NCBI GenBank assembly: GCA_040384725.1
Contig: JAZKIS010000004.1
Location: 1,256-65,255, forward strand
DNA length: 64,000 nt
Direction of reading: 5' to 3'
Source: Patescibacteria group bacterium
Lineage (GTDB): Bacteria > Patescibacteriota > Minisyncoccia > Phycocordibacterales > Phycocordibacteraceae
Translations under genes and position numbers: made by a program
The notes under the pieces: model-generated
Told to the model about the DNA's origin: nothing
Databases searched by the model: none
What the model saw: the letters and a program-made list of their open reading frames with translations, nothing else
Shown: one piece after another, positions 1 through 10,236 of the stretch
Layout of the letters: each line of letters begins with the position of its first letter
Numbering within the stretch: the first letter of the stretch is position 1

Positions 1-81
1 CCAGGGGCGGGACTCGAACCCGCACGACATTGCTGTCTGAGGTGTTTAAGACCTCTATGTCTACCATTCCATCACCCTGGC
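1..81 (-). tRNA. tRNA-Leu(TAA), 3' end cut by window edge
   Basis: Reverse complement GCCAGGGTGATGGAATGGTAGACA..GAGGT-CTTAAAC-ACCTC, long variable arm, GGTTCGAGTCC T-arm. Confidence 0.93.
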
Positions 82-99
82 GTATGTTGGAGTATACCT

Positions 100-174
100 T
101 GGAGGCCCAGACGGAAATCGCATCCGTGCATAGCGGGTTTGCAATCCGCCGTGTTTCTACTTCACCACTGGGCC
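100..174 (-). tRNA. tRNA-Cys(GCA)
   Basis: Reverse complement GGCCCAG..GCGGA-TTGCAAA-CCCGC..CTGGGCC-T-CCA; encoded CCA; atypical T-loop TGCGATT. Confidence 0.9.
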
Positions 175-208
175 GTACCGCAATACTAGCGCGCAAGCGA
201 CGCTTTTG

Positions 209-562
209 CTACGTAGGCTCTTCTTCGTCCGCGGGGACTATGAGGCCGCGCGTCGCGTCCTCGAATGCCTGGCGAGCGCGCTCGCCCTTGTCGATCTCGA
301 ACCAGATGAAAGGAAGGCGAGCGAACCGGGTGGTCTTCTTCAGCTCATTCCGGAACAGATCCTTATGCCGCATTAAGAAGTCGATGGCGTTGCCTTCCTG
401 AGCCTCCGGATACACGCTCACATAGATGGTCGCGTTCTTGCGATCCTTCGAGAAGGTAGCGCGCATAGGCGTGATTAAGGTACCGCGACCCGCCTCACGG
501 GCGATGTAGCGTCCGATGTTCTCTAGGAGTATTGAAACTGCTCGTTCGTCTCGTGCGCTCAT
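209..562 (-). CDS. rbfA: Ribosome-binding factor A
   Basis: FSKDRKNATIYVSV and RLPFIWFEID motifs; directly downstream of infB. Confidence 0.85.
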   Translation of the reverse strand: MSARDERAVSILLENIGRYIAREAGRGTLITPMRATFSKDRKNATIYVSVYPEAQEGNAIDFLMRHKDLFRNELKKTTRFARLPFIWFEIDKGERARQAFEDATRGLIVPADEEEPT

Positions 563-563
563 A

Positions 564-2048
564 TTATTTTGTTTCGGTCATACGGAACGCGATAAGGGTG
601 TCTCCGGCTACGGTCTCGTGCTTGCTCTCGATCTGAAGGCCGAACTCGCCCTCGACCTTTATCTCGTTCACGTCCGCACGGGCAACCTGGAGGTTCGTGA
701 GCTTTGCGTTCCCGATGTGGAGTCCGCGACGATCGATCTTCACCTGATCGCCTACTGAAAGAACGCCGGAGTTCCAGCGCGCGCCGAGCACCTGCTTCAC
801 GCCCGCGGTGCTGAAGGCCTTCAGTATCTTCGCCTCGCCGAGGATCTCCTCGACGGTGATGCGCGGTGCGCGCTCAGTAACTAACTCCTCGATGCGCTCC
901 TTGAGGTTGTAGATGATCGAGAAGGTATCGATGGAGACATGCATGCGCTCTGCTGAGTCGCGCGCGGCAGAGTCAGTGCCGACGTTGAAGGCGATCACGT
1001 AGCCGTTACCGGCGGCGGCGGCTTTCACGTCGTTCTCAGAGACCGCGCCGATGCCTTCCATGACGATCTTTATGGTCACGCGATCGTGCTCGATCTTCGC
1101 GAGCTCATGCTTAATAGCGAGGATGCTGCCCGTCACGTCCGCCTTCAGGATAAGAGGGAGGAGCGTCTTCCCGTCGGCTTCCGGACGCTCCTGGGTATGC
1201 GCGGGATTCGCTTCAACGCCCTCGAGCGCGAGCTTCTCCGCGTCCTTCTTGTTCGTGGTCGTAAAGAAGGGCGTTCCAGCAGGTGGAAGGCTCGTCCATC
1301 CGCTGATGCGGATCGGCTGGGAGGGGAGCGCCTTGTCGATGCGTCCGCCCTTGAAATCCTCGATGAAGCGCACCGGCGCGAGTGCCGCTCCTGCGATTGC
1401 GAACGAGCCGACCGGAAGCGTCCCGTTCTTCATGATGAGCGTGGCGGAGAGTCCGCGCTTCGGATCCTGGGAGGACTCGAGCACGAATCCTTCTGCCGGA
1501 GCCTCAGGGTCGGCCGTAAGCTCGGCTAGGTCTGCGGTTAGGAGAACGAGATCAAGGAGCTCCGGAATACCCTCGCCTGATTTTGAGGAGACGCCCGTGA
1601 AAGGAATCGACCCTCCGAGACCCTCGAGGTAGATACCGCTCTCGAGCGCGGAGATACGAGCCTTCTCAATGTCAGCGCCTGCCTTGTCGATCTTCGTGAA
1701 CGCGACCACGAACGGGGTATTTGCCTCGGTGATGGCCTGGAACGCCTCGAGTGTCTGCGGCTTTACGCCTTCTTCAGCGGCGATAACGAGGATCGCGATG
1801 TCAGCGGCTGCGGCGCCGCGTGCACGGAGCGCACGGAACGCCTCGTGGCCCGGTGTATCAAGGAAGGTGATGCGGCGGCTCGTCCCTTCGTGCTCATGCT
1901 CCGCTTCGTAGGCGGATACGTGCTGCGTGATACCGCCCGCCTCGCCCGCAGTTACGTTCGCCTTACGGATATAGTCCAGCAAGGAAGACTTGCCGTGATC
2001 AATGTGTCCCATGACGGCCACGATCGGTGGTCGGGTGCTCGATGCCAT
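564..2048 (-). CDS. infB: Translation initiation factor IF-2 (no N-terminal domain)
   Basis: [46 protein letters not shown]. Confidence 0.97.
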   Translation of the reverse strand: MASSTRPPIVAVMGHIDHGKSSLLDYIRKANVTAGEAGGITQHVSAYEAEHEHEGTSRRITFLDTPGHEAFRALRARGAAAADIAILVIAAEEGVKPQTLEAFQAITEANTPFVVAFTKIDKAGADIEKARISALESGIYLEGLGGSIPFTGVSSKSGEGIPELLDLVLLTADLAELTADPEAPAEGFVLESSQDPKRGLSATLIMKNGTLPVGSFAIAGAALAPVRFIEDFKGGRIDKALPSQPIRISGWTSLPPAGTPFFTTTNKKDAEKLALEGVEANPAHTQERPEADGKTLLPLILKADVTGSILAIKHELAKIEHDRVTIKIVMEGIGAVSENDVKAAAAGNGYVIAFNVGTDSAARDSAERMHVSIDTFSIIYNLKERIEELVTERAPRITVEEILGEAKILKAFSTAGVKQVLGARWNSGVLSVGDQVKIDRRGLHIGNAKLTNLQVARADVNEIKVEGEFGLQIESKHETVAGDTLIAFRMTETK

Positions 2049-2128
2049 AATGGTCCTGATTATCTCATAAAATAAGGCTTTTACAACTCCCTACCTGTTT
2101 CTATCGTGGATGGGCGTACAATACGTGC

Positions 2129-3304
2129 ATGCATAGGAAGCGCGTCTATCTCGATTGGGCAGCCGCAGCACCCGTATCTCCTCGGGTGAATCGTAGCTAT
2201 AGAAAGACCGCTAACGTGTTCGGGAACCCTTCGTCGCCTCACGCAGAGGGTCGACAAGCCAACGTGCTCCTCACGGATGCGCGCGTGCGCATCGCACGGC
2301 TTGCGGGCGTGAAGCAGGACGCCGTTATCTTCACCGGAGGCGCAACCGAAGCGAATGCTATCGCTATCGAGGGGCAGATTCGCGTGCTCAAAAAGAAAGG
2401 GGCGCGGCCGGAAGCACTGCACGTGCTCTATCTCCCGAGTGCGCATGCCTCAACGAGAGGCTGTATAGCCGGACTGGAAAAGGAGGGCGTCCAGGTGGAA
2501 CCTCTGATCGTCTTCGGAGGCATGATCGATCTCGCGGCCCTTAAAGGCCAGATTCGCCCTGAGACGGTGCTCGTAGCACTCGAAGCAGTATGCGGGGAGA
2601 CAGGCGCGCGCTTCGATACGCGCGGGGTACGCCAGGTGCTCGATCACGCGCGGAAGGAGGGCGGGACAAGGATCCGCATGCATGCGGACGCGAGTCAGCT
2701 GCCGCTCGTAGAATCGTTCGAGCTCACGCGTATCGCGTCCGACACCCTTACGCTCGATGCACAGAAAGTAGGCGGAGTGCGCGGGATAGGCGTCGTGCTC
2801 GCTCCAAGGCAGGTCTCGATCGAACCGTTGATGCAGGGAGGAGGGCAGGAGCGGGGGCTGCGCCCGGGCACGGAATCTAGCGGGCTCGCGAGCGCGTTCG
2901 CGTGCGCGCTCGAAGAGGCGCATGAGACCCATGCATCGTTCGCACTAAAGGCTCGGGTCCAGAGAGACCGTCTCGTAGAGCGTCTTACCGCTGCTATCGC
3001 CGCAGTAGAGGTAAACGGCGGAAAGAACACGGTGCCCCACATTCTCAATGTGTCGCTTCTCGGGAGGGACACCGACTATGTCGCGGCACTTCTTGATGAG
3101 GCAGGGTTTGCGATCTCGACCCGAAGCGCGTGCGCAACCGATGAGGAAGGCTCGGTTGCCGTGCGTGCATATAGCAATGATCCTGAGAGAGCGTCGTCGA
3201 CGCTGCGCGTATCCTGGGGTCCAACGACCACGGAGCGGGAGCTCGACCGCTTCACTGACGCCCTTGTCCGTGCAGTTCGATTCGTAGACACGAACACGGT
3301 ATAA
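2129..3304 (+). CDS. iscS: Cysteine desulfurase (class V aminotransferase)
   Basis: YLDWAA, GNPSSPH, FTGGATEAN, QERGLRPGT, STRSAC catalytic Cys. Confidence 0.9.
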   Translation: MHRKRVYLDWAAAAPVSPRVNRSYRKTANVFGNPSSPHAEGRQANVLLTDARVRIARLAGVKQDAVIFTGGATEANAIAIEGQIRVLKKKGARPEALHVLYLPSAHASTRGCIAGLEKEGVQVEPLIVFGGMIDLAALKGQIRPETVLVALEAVCGETGARFDTRGVRQVLDHARKEGGTRIRMHADASQLPLVESFELTRIASDTLTLDAQKVGGVRGIGVVLAPRQVSIEPLMQGGGQERGLRPGTESSGLASAFACALEEAHETHASFALKARVQRDRLVERLTAAIAAVEVNGGKNTVPHILNVSLLGRDTDYVAALLDEAGFAISTRSACATDEEGSVAVRAYSNDPERASSTLRVSWGPTTTERELDRFTDALVRAVRFVDTNTV

Positions 3305-3313
3305 TTTCCCTAT

Positions 3314-4066
3314 ATGAACATCGAGGACCTCACCAAGACGCAGCTTCTTCTTCTCACGATCCTGGTTAACTTCGTGACGGCCATCGCGACGGCCGTTATG
3401 ACGGTGTCCTTGCTCGATCAGGCGCCCCCGACGGTTACGCAGACCGTGAACCGTATCGTTGAGCGCACGGTTGAGACCGCGGCCCAGGCGCCGCTCCCGA
3501 CGATACCTGGCATCGCGGCGCCCGCGAAGGAAACGATCGTGATCCGTGACGAGGACCTCCTCTCTGCCGCTATCCGTGCGGACGCCGGACGCCGCGTCAT
3601 GATCCATAAGGGAGCGACTACCACCCCGGTCCTCGCTATCGGTACGTACCTTCCGGACAAGCGCGCCGTTGTGACCGCGTCGGGTGCCGCACTCCCGAAG
3701 GAAGCCACCATCGTGTTCGCGAACGGCGCGACCGCCGAGGCATCGCTCTCACGCGCAGGCGCTACCCTTACGATCTTCGGATTCTCCGATACCGCAGCGC
3801 TTCCTGCCGCTACGACGCCTGACCTGGTTGCCGCCGCAAGCCTCAACCAGGGCCAGACGCTCGTGTCGCTCACGCGCGAGCTCGCCGCGGTATCGGGCAT
3901 CATTTCTATCGTCGACGAGACGGGTATCCGCGCGAACGTAACCGGCGTGCCGCCCGGTGCCGCCGCGGTTAACATCTCAGGGGACATCATAGGCATCGCG
4001 ACCTCGGTTCCCGGCGTCTTCGCCCCTGCAGACCGTATCAACACGCTCCTCTCTGAGGCGCCGTAA
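3314..4066 (+). CDS. Membrane-anchored degenerate trypsin/HtrA-like protein
   Basis: N-terminal TM helix, VTQTVNRIVERTVE stalk, C-terminal GAAAVNISGDIIGI resembling the HtrA GGPLVNxxGEVIGI motif without the catalytic Ser. Confidence 0.55.
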   Translation: MNIEDLTKTQLLLLTILVNFVTAIATAVMTVSLLDQAPPTVTQTVNRIVERTVETAAQAPLPTIPGIAAPAKETIVIRDEDLLSAAIRADAGRRVMIHKGATTTPVLAIGTYLPDKRAVVTASGAALPKEATIVFANGATAEASLSRAGATLTIFGFSDTAALPAATTPDLVAAASLNQGQTLVSLTRELAAVSGIISIVDETGIRANVTGVPPGAAAVNISGDIIGIATSVPGVFAPADRINTLLSEAP

Positions 4067-4114
4067 TCAGGTGCATTCTGGTTCGTCATTATTAGTGTAA
4101 GACTCTATCCCCCT

Positions 4115-6799
4115 ATGCCCCCCTTCAAGAATTTCACCGCAAAGGCTAAGGAAGCCATCAGGAAAGCGCACGAGCTCGCCATTGAGCGTGGACAGAACCA
4201 CGTGAGTTCCTTGCATCTCCTTACGGCCCTCATACATCAGGAGGAGAGTCTCGTCTTCTCCGTGCTCGATCGCATGGACGTCGACACTATGATGTTCGCG
4301 GACACGCTTCTCGAGACGCTTGAGATCCCGGAGACGTCGTCGACGTTGTCACCATCCTACAACCTCTACCTCACGCCCGACCTCGCGCAGGCGCTCGAGG
4401 CGGTAGACAAGGTCGCGGCCCGCATGGGCGACGCGTTCGTCGGTACCGAGCACCTGTTCGTAACGGTGCTCGAGCACCCGGGGCCAGCTGCGGAGATTCT
4501 CACGCGCTTCCGCATCGATTCCGATACCGTGCTCCAGCTTCTTAAGGACCTCAAGTCCGCAAAAGACGGGGAAGTGAAGGAACCGAAGAAGTTCCGCGCG
4601 CTCGCGAAGTACACGCGCAACCTCACGAAGATGGCTGCAGAGAATGCGCTCGATCCCGTTATCGGCCGCGATCAGGAGATCGGACGTGTCGTGCAGATCC
4701 TTTCGCGCCGAACGAAGAACAACCCGGTCCTTATCGGCGAGCCAGGAACAGGCAAGACAACCATCGCAGAGGGACTCGCGACGCGTATCGCCACCGGCGA
4801 CGTGCCGGAGTCACTCAAGGGCAAGGAACTCCTTTCGTTGGATCTCGGCCTCATGATCGCAGGAACGAAGTATCGAGGCGAGTTCGAGGAGCGCATGAAG
4901 GCGGTCATGAAGGAAGTGGAGAAGTCTGACGGGAAGGTAATCCTCTTCGTCGACGAGCTCCATACCATCGTTGGCGCGGGTGCCGCTGAAGGCGCGCTCG
5001 ACGCATCGAACATGCTGAAGCCTGCGCTCTCGCGCGGCGAGATCCGCATGATCGGCGCAACCACTATAAAGGAATACCAGCAGCACATCGAGAAGGACGG
5101 CGCGCTTACGCGTCGCTTCCAGCCAGTGTATGTCGAGGAGCCGTCGATCGAGGACGCCACGGCGATCCTTCGCGGGCTTCGCGATAAGTACGAGCTCTTC
5201 CATGGGGTGCGCATAACGGACGGCGCGGTGGTCTCAGCGGTGGAGCTCTCGAGCCGCTACATTACGGATCGCTACCTTCCGGACAAGGCTGTCGACCTTA
5301 TTGACGAGGCCGCGTCAGGCTTGCGCATCGCGCTTGAGAACAAGCCGCCGGCGCTCGAAGAGACCGACCGAAAGATCCGCAGGCTCGAGATAGAGCGCGA
5401 GGCTCTCAAGAAGGATGAGGAAGGAGACCATGCCAAAGACATGAAGGTGCGTCTTGCGGCGATTGATACGGAGATCGCTGACCTTCGGGAGAAGACTGCC
5501 GAGCTCGAGCTCAAGTGGAAGAACGAGAAGGAGGTGCTCGAGTCGATCCGTACGCTCAAGACCGAGCTCGATAAGGCAAGGGTCGAGGCGGATAACGCGG
5601 AAGCCATGGCAGACCTCGGCACCGCAGCAGAGATCCGTTACGGACGCATGCCAGCCCTCCAGAAGGAGCTCGATACGAAGACGAAGCGCCTGAAGACGCT
5701 CCAGAAATCACGCCGCATCCTCCATGAGGAGGTAACAGAGGCGGAGATCGCAGGCGTCGTCGCTCGCTGGACCGGTATCCCGGTAGCGAAGATGCTCGAA
5801 GAGGAAGCAGCGAAGCTCGCACGTATGGAAGAGGCGCTCACAGGAGCCGTTATCGGCCAGAACAGCGCAGTTTCGATAATCACGAACGCCGTGAAGCGCT
5901 CACGGGTGGGCATCAGTGACCCGAACCGCCCTATCGGCTCGTTCCTCTTCCTTGGGCCGACCGGCGTCGGAAAGACGGAGCTCTCGCGCAGGCTCGCCGA
6001 GTTCATGTTCAACGACAAGGAGTCCTTGGTGCGTGTCGACATGTCCGAGTTCATGGAGAAGCATTCGATCGCGAAATTGATCGGTGCGCCTCCAGGTTAT
6101 GTTGGCTACGAGGAGGCAGGGTCCCTCACTGAGCGGATCCGCCATCGACCTTATGCGGTAATCCTCTTCGATGAGATCGAGAAGGCGCACAGCGAGGTGT
6201 TCAATATTCTCTTGCAGGTCCTTGATTCAGGACACCTTACCGACGGGAAGGGCAGGAAGGTGAACTTCAAGAACACCATCATCGTCCTCACGTCGAATAT
6301 CGGCGCCGAGTTCATGGATCGCGCAGCGAACATCGGCTTTGCCCCCGGAGACGGCTCTGCATCCGCCGAGGCGGCACAGATGAAAGAGAAGGTCATGGGC
6401 GCGCTCAAGGATCACTTCCGTCCTGAGTTCCTCAACCGTCTCGACGACATCGTCATGTTCGACTCGCTCTCGAAGGAGGCGCTCATGGATATCGTCGAGG
6501 TGCAGGTCGCGGAGATCGTGGAGCGCCTCTCTAACAAGCGCATCACCCTCACGATCACCCCTGAGGTCCGTGCCTGGCTCGCCGAGAAGGGATATAACCC
6601 GCAGTACGGCGCGCGGCCCTTGAAGCGTGCCGTCCAGGACCATATCCTTACGCCGATCGCCACCCTCATGGTTGGCCAGGGCGTTATGGAGGGCGGAACC
6701 GTGAACGTAACCCTTAAGAGCGGAGAGCCGCACTTCGAAGCGAAGAAGGTGGCAGGGCGTCCGAGGCCTCGAGCCAAGGCCGTTGCGCAGGCGAGCTAG
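4115..6799 (+). CDS. clpB: Chaperone ClpB
   Basis: Two AAA+ modules ([16 protein letters not shown]), long coiled-coil M domain, RIDMSE-like [15 protein letters not shown]. Confidence 0.93.
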   Translation: MPPFKNFTAKAKEAIRKAHELAIERGQNHVSSLHLLTALIHQEESLVFSVLDRMDVDTMMFADTLLETLEIPETSSTLSPSYNLYLTPDLAQALEAVDKVAARMGDAFVGTEHLFVTVLEHPGPAAEILTRFRIDSDTVLQLLKDLKSAKDGEVKEPKKFRALAKYTRNLTKMAAENALDPVIGRDQEIGRVVQILSRRTKNNPVLIGEPGTGKTTIAEGLATRIATGDVPESLKGKELLSLDLGLMIAGTKYRGEFEERMKAVMKEVEKSDGKVILFVDELHTIVGAGAAEGALDASNMLKPALSRGEIRMIGATTIKEYQQHIEKDGALTRRFQPVYVEEPSIEDATAILRGLRDKYELFHGVRITDGAVVSAVELSSRYITDRYLPDKAVDLIDEAASGLRIALENKPPALEETDRKIRRLEIEREALKKDEEGDHAKDMKVRLAAIDTEIADLREKTAELELKWKNEKEVLESIRTLKTELDKARVEADNAEAMADLGTAAEIRYGRMPALQKELDTKTKRLKTLQKSRRILHEEVTEAEIAGVVARWTGIPVAKMLEEEAAKLARMEEALTGAVIGQNSAVSIITNAVKRSRVGISDPNRPIGSFLFLGPTGVGKTELSRRLAEFMFNDKESLVRVDMSEFMEKHSIAKLIGAPPGYVGYEEAGSLTERIRHRPYAVILFDEIEKAHSEVFNILLQVLDSGHLTDGKGRKVNFKNTIIVLTSNIGAEFMDRAANIGFAPGDGSASAEAAQMKEKVMGALKDHFRPEFLNRLDDIVMFDSLSKEALMDIVEVQVAEIVERLSNKRITLTITPEVRAWLAEKGYNPQYGARPLKRAVQDHILTPIATLMVGQGVMEGGTVNVTLKSGEPHFEAKKVAGRPRPRAKAVAQAS

Positions 6800-6821
6800 G
6801 GCTGGTATAGTCCTCCTATCT

Positions 6822-6974
6822 ATGTCACAGGATCGTCTCATACTACTGCGCTCTGCTTCCGGGCACGTTCGCCGTACGCGCAAGAACAAGAAGAAGGTAG
6901 AGCGTAAGATCGAGCTCAAGAAGTTCGATCCGAACACCCGCACCCGCGAGATCTACAAGGAAGTTAAGAAATAA
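6822..6974 (+). CDS. rpmG: 50S ribosomal protein L33 (zinc-free type)
   Basis: TRKNKKKVERKIELKKFDP..IYKE; ATG at 6822 after TATAGT. Confidence 0.92.
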   Translation: MSQDRLILLRSASGHVRRTRKNKKKVERKIELKKFDPNTRTREIYKEVKK

Positions 6975-7003
6975 GAGAAAGCCGCCCGAAAGGGCGGTTT
7001 CTC
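6975..7003 (+). terminator. Intrinsic terminator after rpmG
   Basis: GAGAAAGCCGCCC-GAAA-GGGCGGTTTCTC then GTTTT. Confidence 0.8.
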
Positions 7004-7029
7004 GTTTTCGTATTGAAATTGCTTCTGGG

Positions 7030-7110
7030 GAAATGGAAAAACCGTCCGGAGACGGTTTTTCCAGTACGTTCGCGAGCCTGCCGACCGGGGCCTGCGAACT
7101 TGCGAACGTT
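7030..7110 (-). ncRNA. Candidate small RNA (promoter-hairpin-terminator unit, no ORF)
   Basis: TTGACA(7144-7139)-17nt-TAAATT(7121-7116); imperfect hairpin ACGTTCGC..GCGAACGT (7066-7109); terminator hairpin 7035-7062. Confidence 0.45.
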
Positions 7111-7279
7111 CAAGTAATTTATACTAAGTGGTTTTTGCTGTCAATACCCCAAAGGCCCGTTGTGCATAATGCGTGACTGACGATGCCTTGAGGATAATAA
7201 GCGTGCTATATCTTGACTTTTCTCGCTAAAATTGCTTATATCGAAACAGAACAACCCTGTTCTCTATGAGGTAGACATA

Positions 7280-7753
7280 ATGGCTAGAACTGCAGTCGCC
7301 ACCCTCGACAACGCTGTCCCAACTCCGATCGTGGAAACAGGGCAGGCATACGGACTGACCGCACCGGAAACGGAACGGATCGTCGTCCTGATGCGGGATC
7401 ACCAAACGAACCTTCCGGCTATCCGCTCGATGCTCGAGACCGGCTTGTCGATTCTCGAGGTCGAGCAAGTCCTCGACACTCGCACGCGAGTGCAGGCGGA
7501 GCTGGAAGGACAGTCGGTCAGCCTGAAACAGATCATTCGTTTCCAGGAAGACTTTCCGAGCATGCCACTCCAGTCCGATGTGCTGGTCCAGACCCTGCTG
7601 AACATCCATGATCGATTCCAGACCAACTATCTCGATCAGATGCTGAAGCAGCTCATGGTCCTGCATGCACGTCATCCGGATGCGCTGCCTGAAACCCTGG
7701 CCGATATTCTGGCCGGAGAATCGGATCTCGATTTCAATCAAGCTGAAGAGTAG
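7280..7753 (+). CDS. Hypothetical helical protein
   Basis: ORF with GAGGT SD before ATG 7280 and TTGACT upstream; 8 nt gap to next gene. Confidence 0.7.
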   Translation: MARTAVATLDNAVPTPIVETGQAYGLTAPETERIVVLMRDHQTNLPAIRSMLETGLSILEVEQVLDTRTRVQAELEGQSVSLKQIIRFQEDFPSMPLQSDVLVQTLLNIHDRFQTNYLDQMLKQLMVLHARHPDALPETLADILAGESDLDFNQAEE

Positions 7754-7761
7754 GAGTAAGA

Positions 7762-8586
7762 ATGGCCGATCCAAATCCGTTTGAAGTGCTTGGCCTCGCT
7801 CCTGACGCTTTGCGCGGAAGGAGCGAGGAAAAGATCCGCGCGCTCGTAAAGCTCTTCGGGCGCTCGTTGTCGCAGGTCGAGCATCCTGACGTCGAAGGCG
7901 GGGATATGGCACGCTTCAAAACCGTACAAGCGGCGTTGAGCGAGCTCGAAGACCCGGAGAGGTTCAAGAAGCACAAGGATGCGTACCTTGAGCCGCGAAA
8001 GACGAAGCTCGAAAAGCTCTCCTCTGACCTGCAGTCTGCAACAGCTGTCGCACGGAGGACCAAGAGGCAGCGCGAGGAATACCAGAAGGCGATAGCAGGA
8101 GCCCTATCTCGTCCTCACATACGAGACCTTAGCGGCTTCCAGCTTACGCTTCACGATACCCTCGAGTACGAACGCCAGTACGAACGCCACATGTCGAGAA
8201 CCCAGATGGCCGCACTCTTCTCGAAGCTGACCTTCAAGGCTGACGGTTCTGTCACCCATGAGCGTCAACGAAGAGAGGTGAACGTACTCAGGACTCCTCT
8301 CGGCTGCATTCCGAAGCAGTCGCTTACCGTGCGCGGGGGGATACTCGGCTTGCTGAACAGCTGCCAACCCTCCCTCGACACGGCACGGATCTCAGGTAAG
8401 AGCCGTTCCGGCCCCGTTCCGGGCACGCGCAAAATTCCTTGGGTCTATGCGGAGCCTATCCTGAAAAGACTGACGCCTCAGATAGTTCCTGATTCGTTTC
8501 TCTTCTCTGCGGTACGCGACGACGAAGACATCAAACTTTATTTTGAAGGGTTTCTCTTCAAAATCGATCCCATCAGTCCTTCGTGA
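7762..8586 (+). CDS. J-domain (DnaJ-like) protein with unknown C-terminal domain
   Basis: NPFEVLGL..EHPDVEGGDMARFKTVQAALSELEDPERFKKHKD; HPD motif; AGGAG SD. Confidence 0.75.
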   Translation: MADPNPFEVLGLAPDALRGRSEEKIRALVKLFGRSLSQVEHPDVEGGDMARFKTVQAALSELEDPERFKKHKDAYLEPRKTKLEKLSSDLQSATAVARRTKRQREEYQKAIAGALSRPHIRDLSGFQLTLHDTLEYERQYERHMSRTQMAALFSKLTFKADGSVTHERQRREVNVLRTPLGCIPKQSLTVRGGILGLLNSCQPSLDTARISGKSRSGPVPGTRKIPWVYAEPILKRLTPQIVPDSFLFSAVRDDEDIKLYFEGFLFKIDPISPS

Positions 8587-8603
8587 CTGGTGGGGTTTCT
8601 TTT
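8569..8603 (+). terminator. Intrinsic terminator
   Basis: CCCATCAGTC-CTTCGT-GACTGGTGGG followed by GTTTCTTTT. Confidence 0.65.
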
Positions 8604-8615
8604 ATGCAGATAGTA

Positions 8616-8626
8616 GCGGGCCCACT
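8616..8626. repeat. att-like direct repeat of tRNA-Trp 3' end (GCGGGCCCACT; partner 11319-11329)
   Basis: Exact 11 bp match to the tRNA-Trp acceptor end, continuing into reading frame AGPLQIEWNTIEQTILHW. Confidence 0.65.
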
Positions 8627-8789
8627 GCAAATAGAATGGAACACCATTGAGCAAACTATCCTGCATTGGGAGCATGTATCTCCTGTCTATAACACCATCT
8701 TTAAGAAATGAAGGTCTCCCGATTTGCACAGACGTATGGTTCTCAGGTACTTAGGAGAAATAATTAGCCTCAGGAGTATACTGAGCACT

Positions 8790-9614
8790 ATGAGACAAGG
8801 ATTCCCTAGCATGCCGCTATCAAGTTCATCTGAACCTAAAAAAGGTGCAGAAGGCACAGCAAACCTTGAAGAGAACGAATCCTTGCTATTCTTCGAACGT
8901 CTTGCAAATCCTCGTATCAGGACGCAACTTCTAGACCTTCTTTATAAGGGGGAAGAAATGGCAGCAGGACAGGACTATACAGAGATCCTTGAAGAAGACG
9001 GTGAGAATGTGCAGTTCGTGGATAAGCTATATGTTCCTAAGTCCAGACAACAAGTAGCAGAGGAGCTAGAACAGCGCATCAGAGTGGTGGAAGGCTATAC
9101 GCCCATCGAGTTCTCCGACAAGATGCCTACTGCTGAAAGTATGACAGTCGGGGAATGGAAAATATACGGAAAGCTTCTGACCGTAAAGCAAAAGAGTATC
9201 GCAGAAGCGCATGAGAAGGGACATGTCATACGCCCGTTCGATGAACGATTCCCATTCTTCAACGAATACTTTCAGAGCGGGTTCGATCTGAGTGTATCGG
9301 TCTTTACAGACGAGGAGATTGAAGAGCTGAGAAAGCAGGGAGACAATGGTCCCGAAATACCCACCGAACACATCATAGAAGGCGGGATGCTGTATCTCTT
9401 TTCAGCTATGGAGATTGCCGAGCGCATGGCCCAGCTCAAGAACTATTTTGGCATGAAAGGAGACGAGCAATTAACCGCTGAGCAGTTGGCTCATGCTAGA
9501 GCACACTACGTAGAAGATACCGGCCTCGACAACAATATGACCTCGTTCTTCAAGGCTATTACACCTCAAACAGAAAAGAGATTTCTAGAACTGATTAATA
9601 CGTCGGGGATATAG
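8790..9614 (+). CDS. Hypothetical protein with HExxH motif (putative zincin-like)
   Basis: IAEAHEKGHVIR plus downstream MEIAERMAQLK; ATG 8790 lies 7 nt after TATACT. Confidence 0.65.
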   Translation: MRQGFPSMPLSSSSEPKKGAEGTANLEENESLLFFERLANPRIRTQLLDLLYKGEEMAAGQDYTEILEEDGENVQFVDKLYVPKSRQQVAEELEQRIRVVEGYTPIEFSDKMPTAESMTVGEWKIYGKLLTVKQKSIAEAHEKGHVIRPFDERFPFFNEYFQSGFDLSVSVFTDEEIEELRKQGDNGPEIPTEHIIEGGMLYLFSAMEIAERMAQLKNYFGMKGDEQLTAEQLAHARAHYVEDTGLDNNMTSFFKAITPQTEKRFLELINTSGI

Positions 9615-9687
9615 AAATGAAGCAAATTTGACATACAATACTATATTGTAGAATAATACATTCAGAACTTTCAATGGAGATACTTCT

Positions 9688-9972
9688 ATGGCCCGTGGCC
9701 CGCAACAGCACAACCGTCGGAACGAGTGGTTGCATTTCTTCGCAGGATCGCCTCAGCGACTCGCGTGGACGGCAGTGGGGCTGTTCGTGGTCTTTGCCAT
9801 GTTCTTCCCGATCTCAGCTTCAATCGTCCTTAACAATGTCCTGACGGCATTCGTTAACTCCTTCGGACCGTCTGCCGGACCCCTGCTCGCGATCGCTATC
9901 TCGGTCTGGGCCATCTGGTACGTCATGATTCGGCCGTTCAGGGCGAAGAAGAAAAAGAAGTCCGATCACTGA
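9688..9972 (+). CDS. Small two-TM membrane protein
   Basis: Two hydrophobic segments, poly-Lys tail, GGAG SD, TTGACA at 9628, terminator about 9991-10018. Confidence 0.75.
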   Translation: MARGPQQHNRRNEWLHFFAGSPQRLAWTAVGLFVVFAMFFPISASIVLNNVLTAFVNSFGPSAGPLLAIAISVWAIWYVMIRPFRAKKKKKSDH

Positions 9973-10236
9973 TTCTCGCTGCTCGTTCGCAAGCCCCGCA
10001 CACTGATGCGGGGCTTTTGAATATGGAACGCTCAAATTGTTTCGGATTTCCTGACGAATCAGTAGATACTGAATCCCAGTTGGCGGGCTCTGACGGAGGA
10101 TTTTAGAACTATCGATTGGGCAGGAGAATATCCGTTTTCTGAGACTGTGTTACATGAGCTTGAGAAGTTGTTTGCATAAAAGAAAGCCGCCCGGAGGAGC
10201 GGCGAAGGTACTCCTCCGGGCTCATCCGAGCGGTTT

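Noticed and set aside
7066-7109. Hairpin considered as SRP (4.5S) RNA
   Set aside because: Lacks the GNRA tetraloop and the CAGG/AGCAG symmetric loop arrangement of helix 8; kept only as an unassigned candidate.
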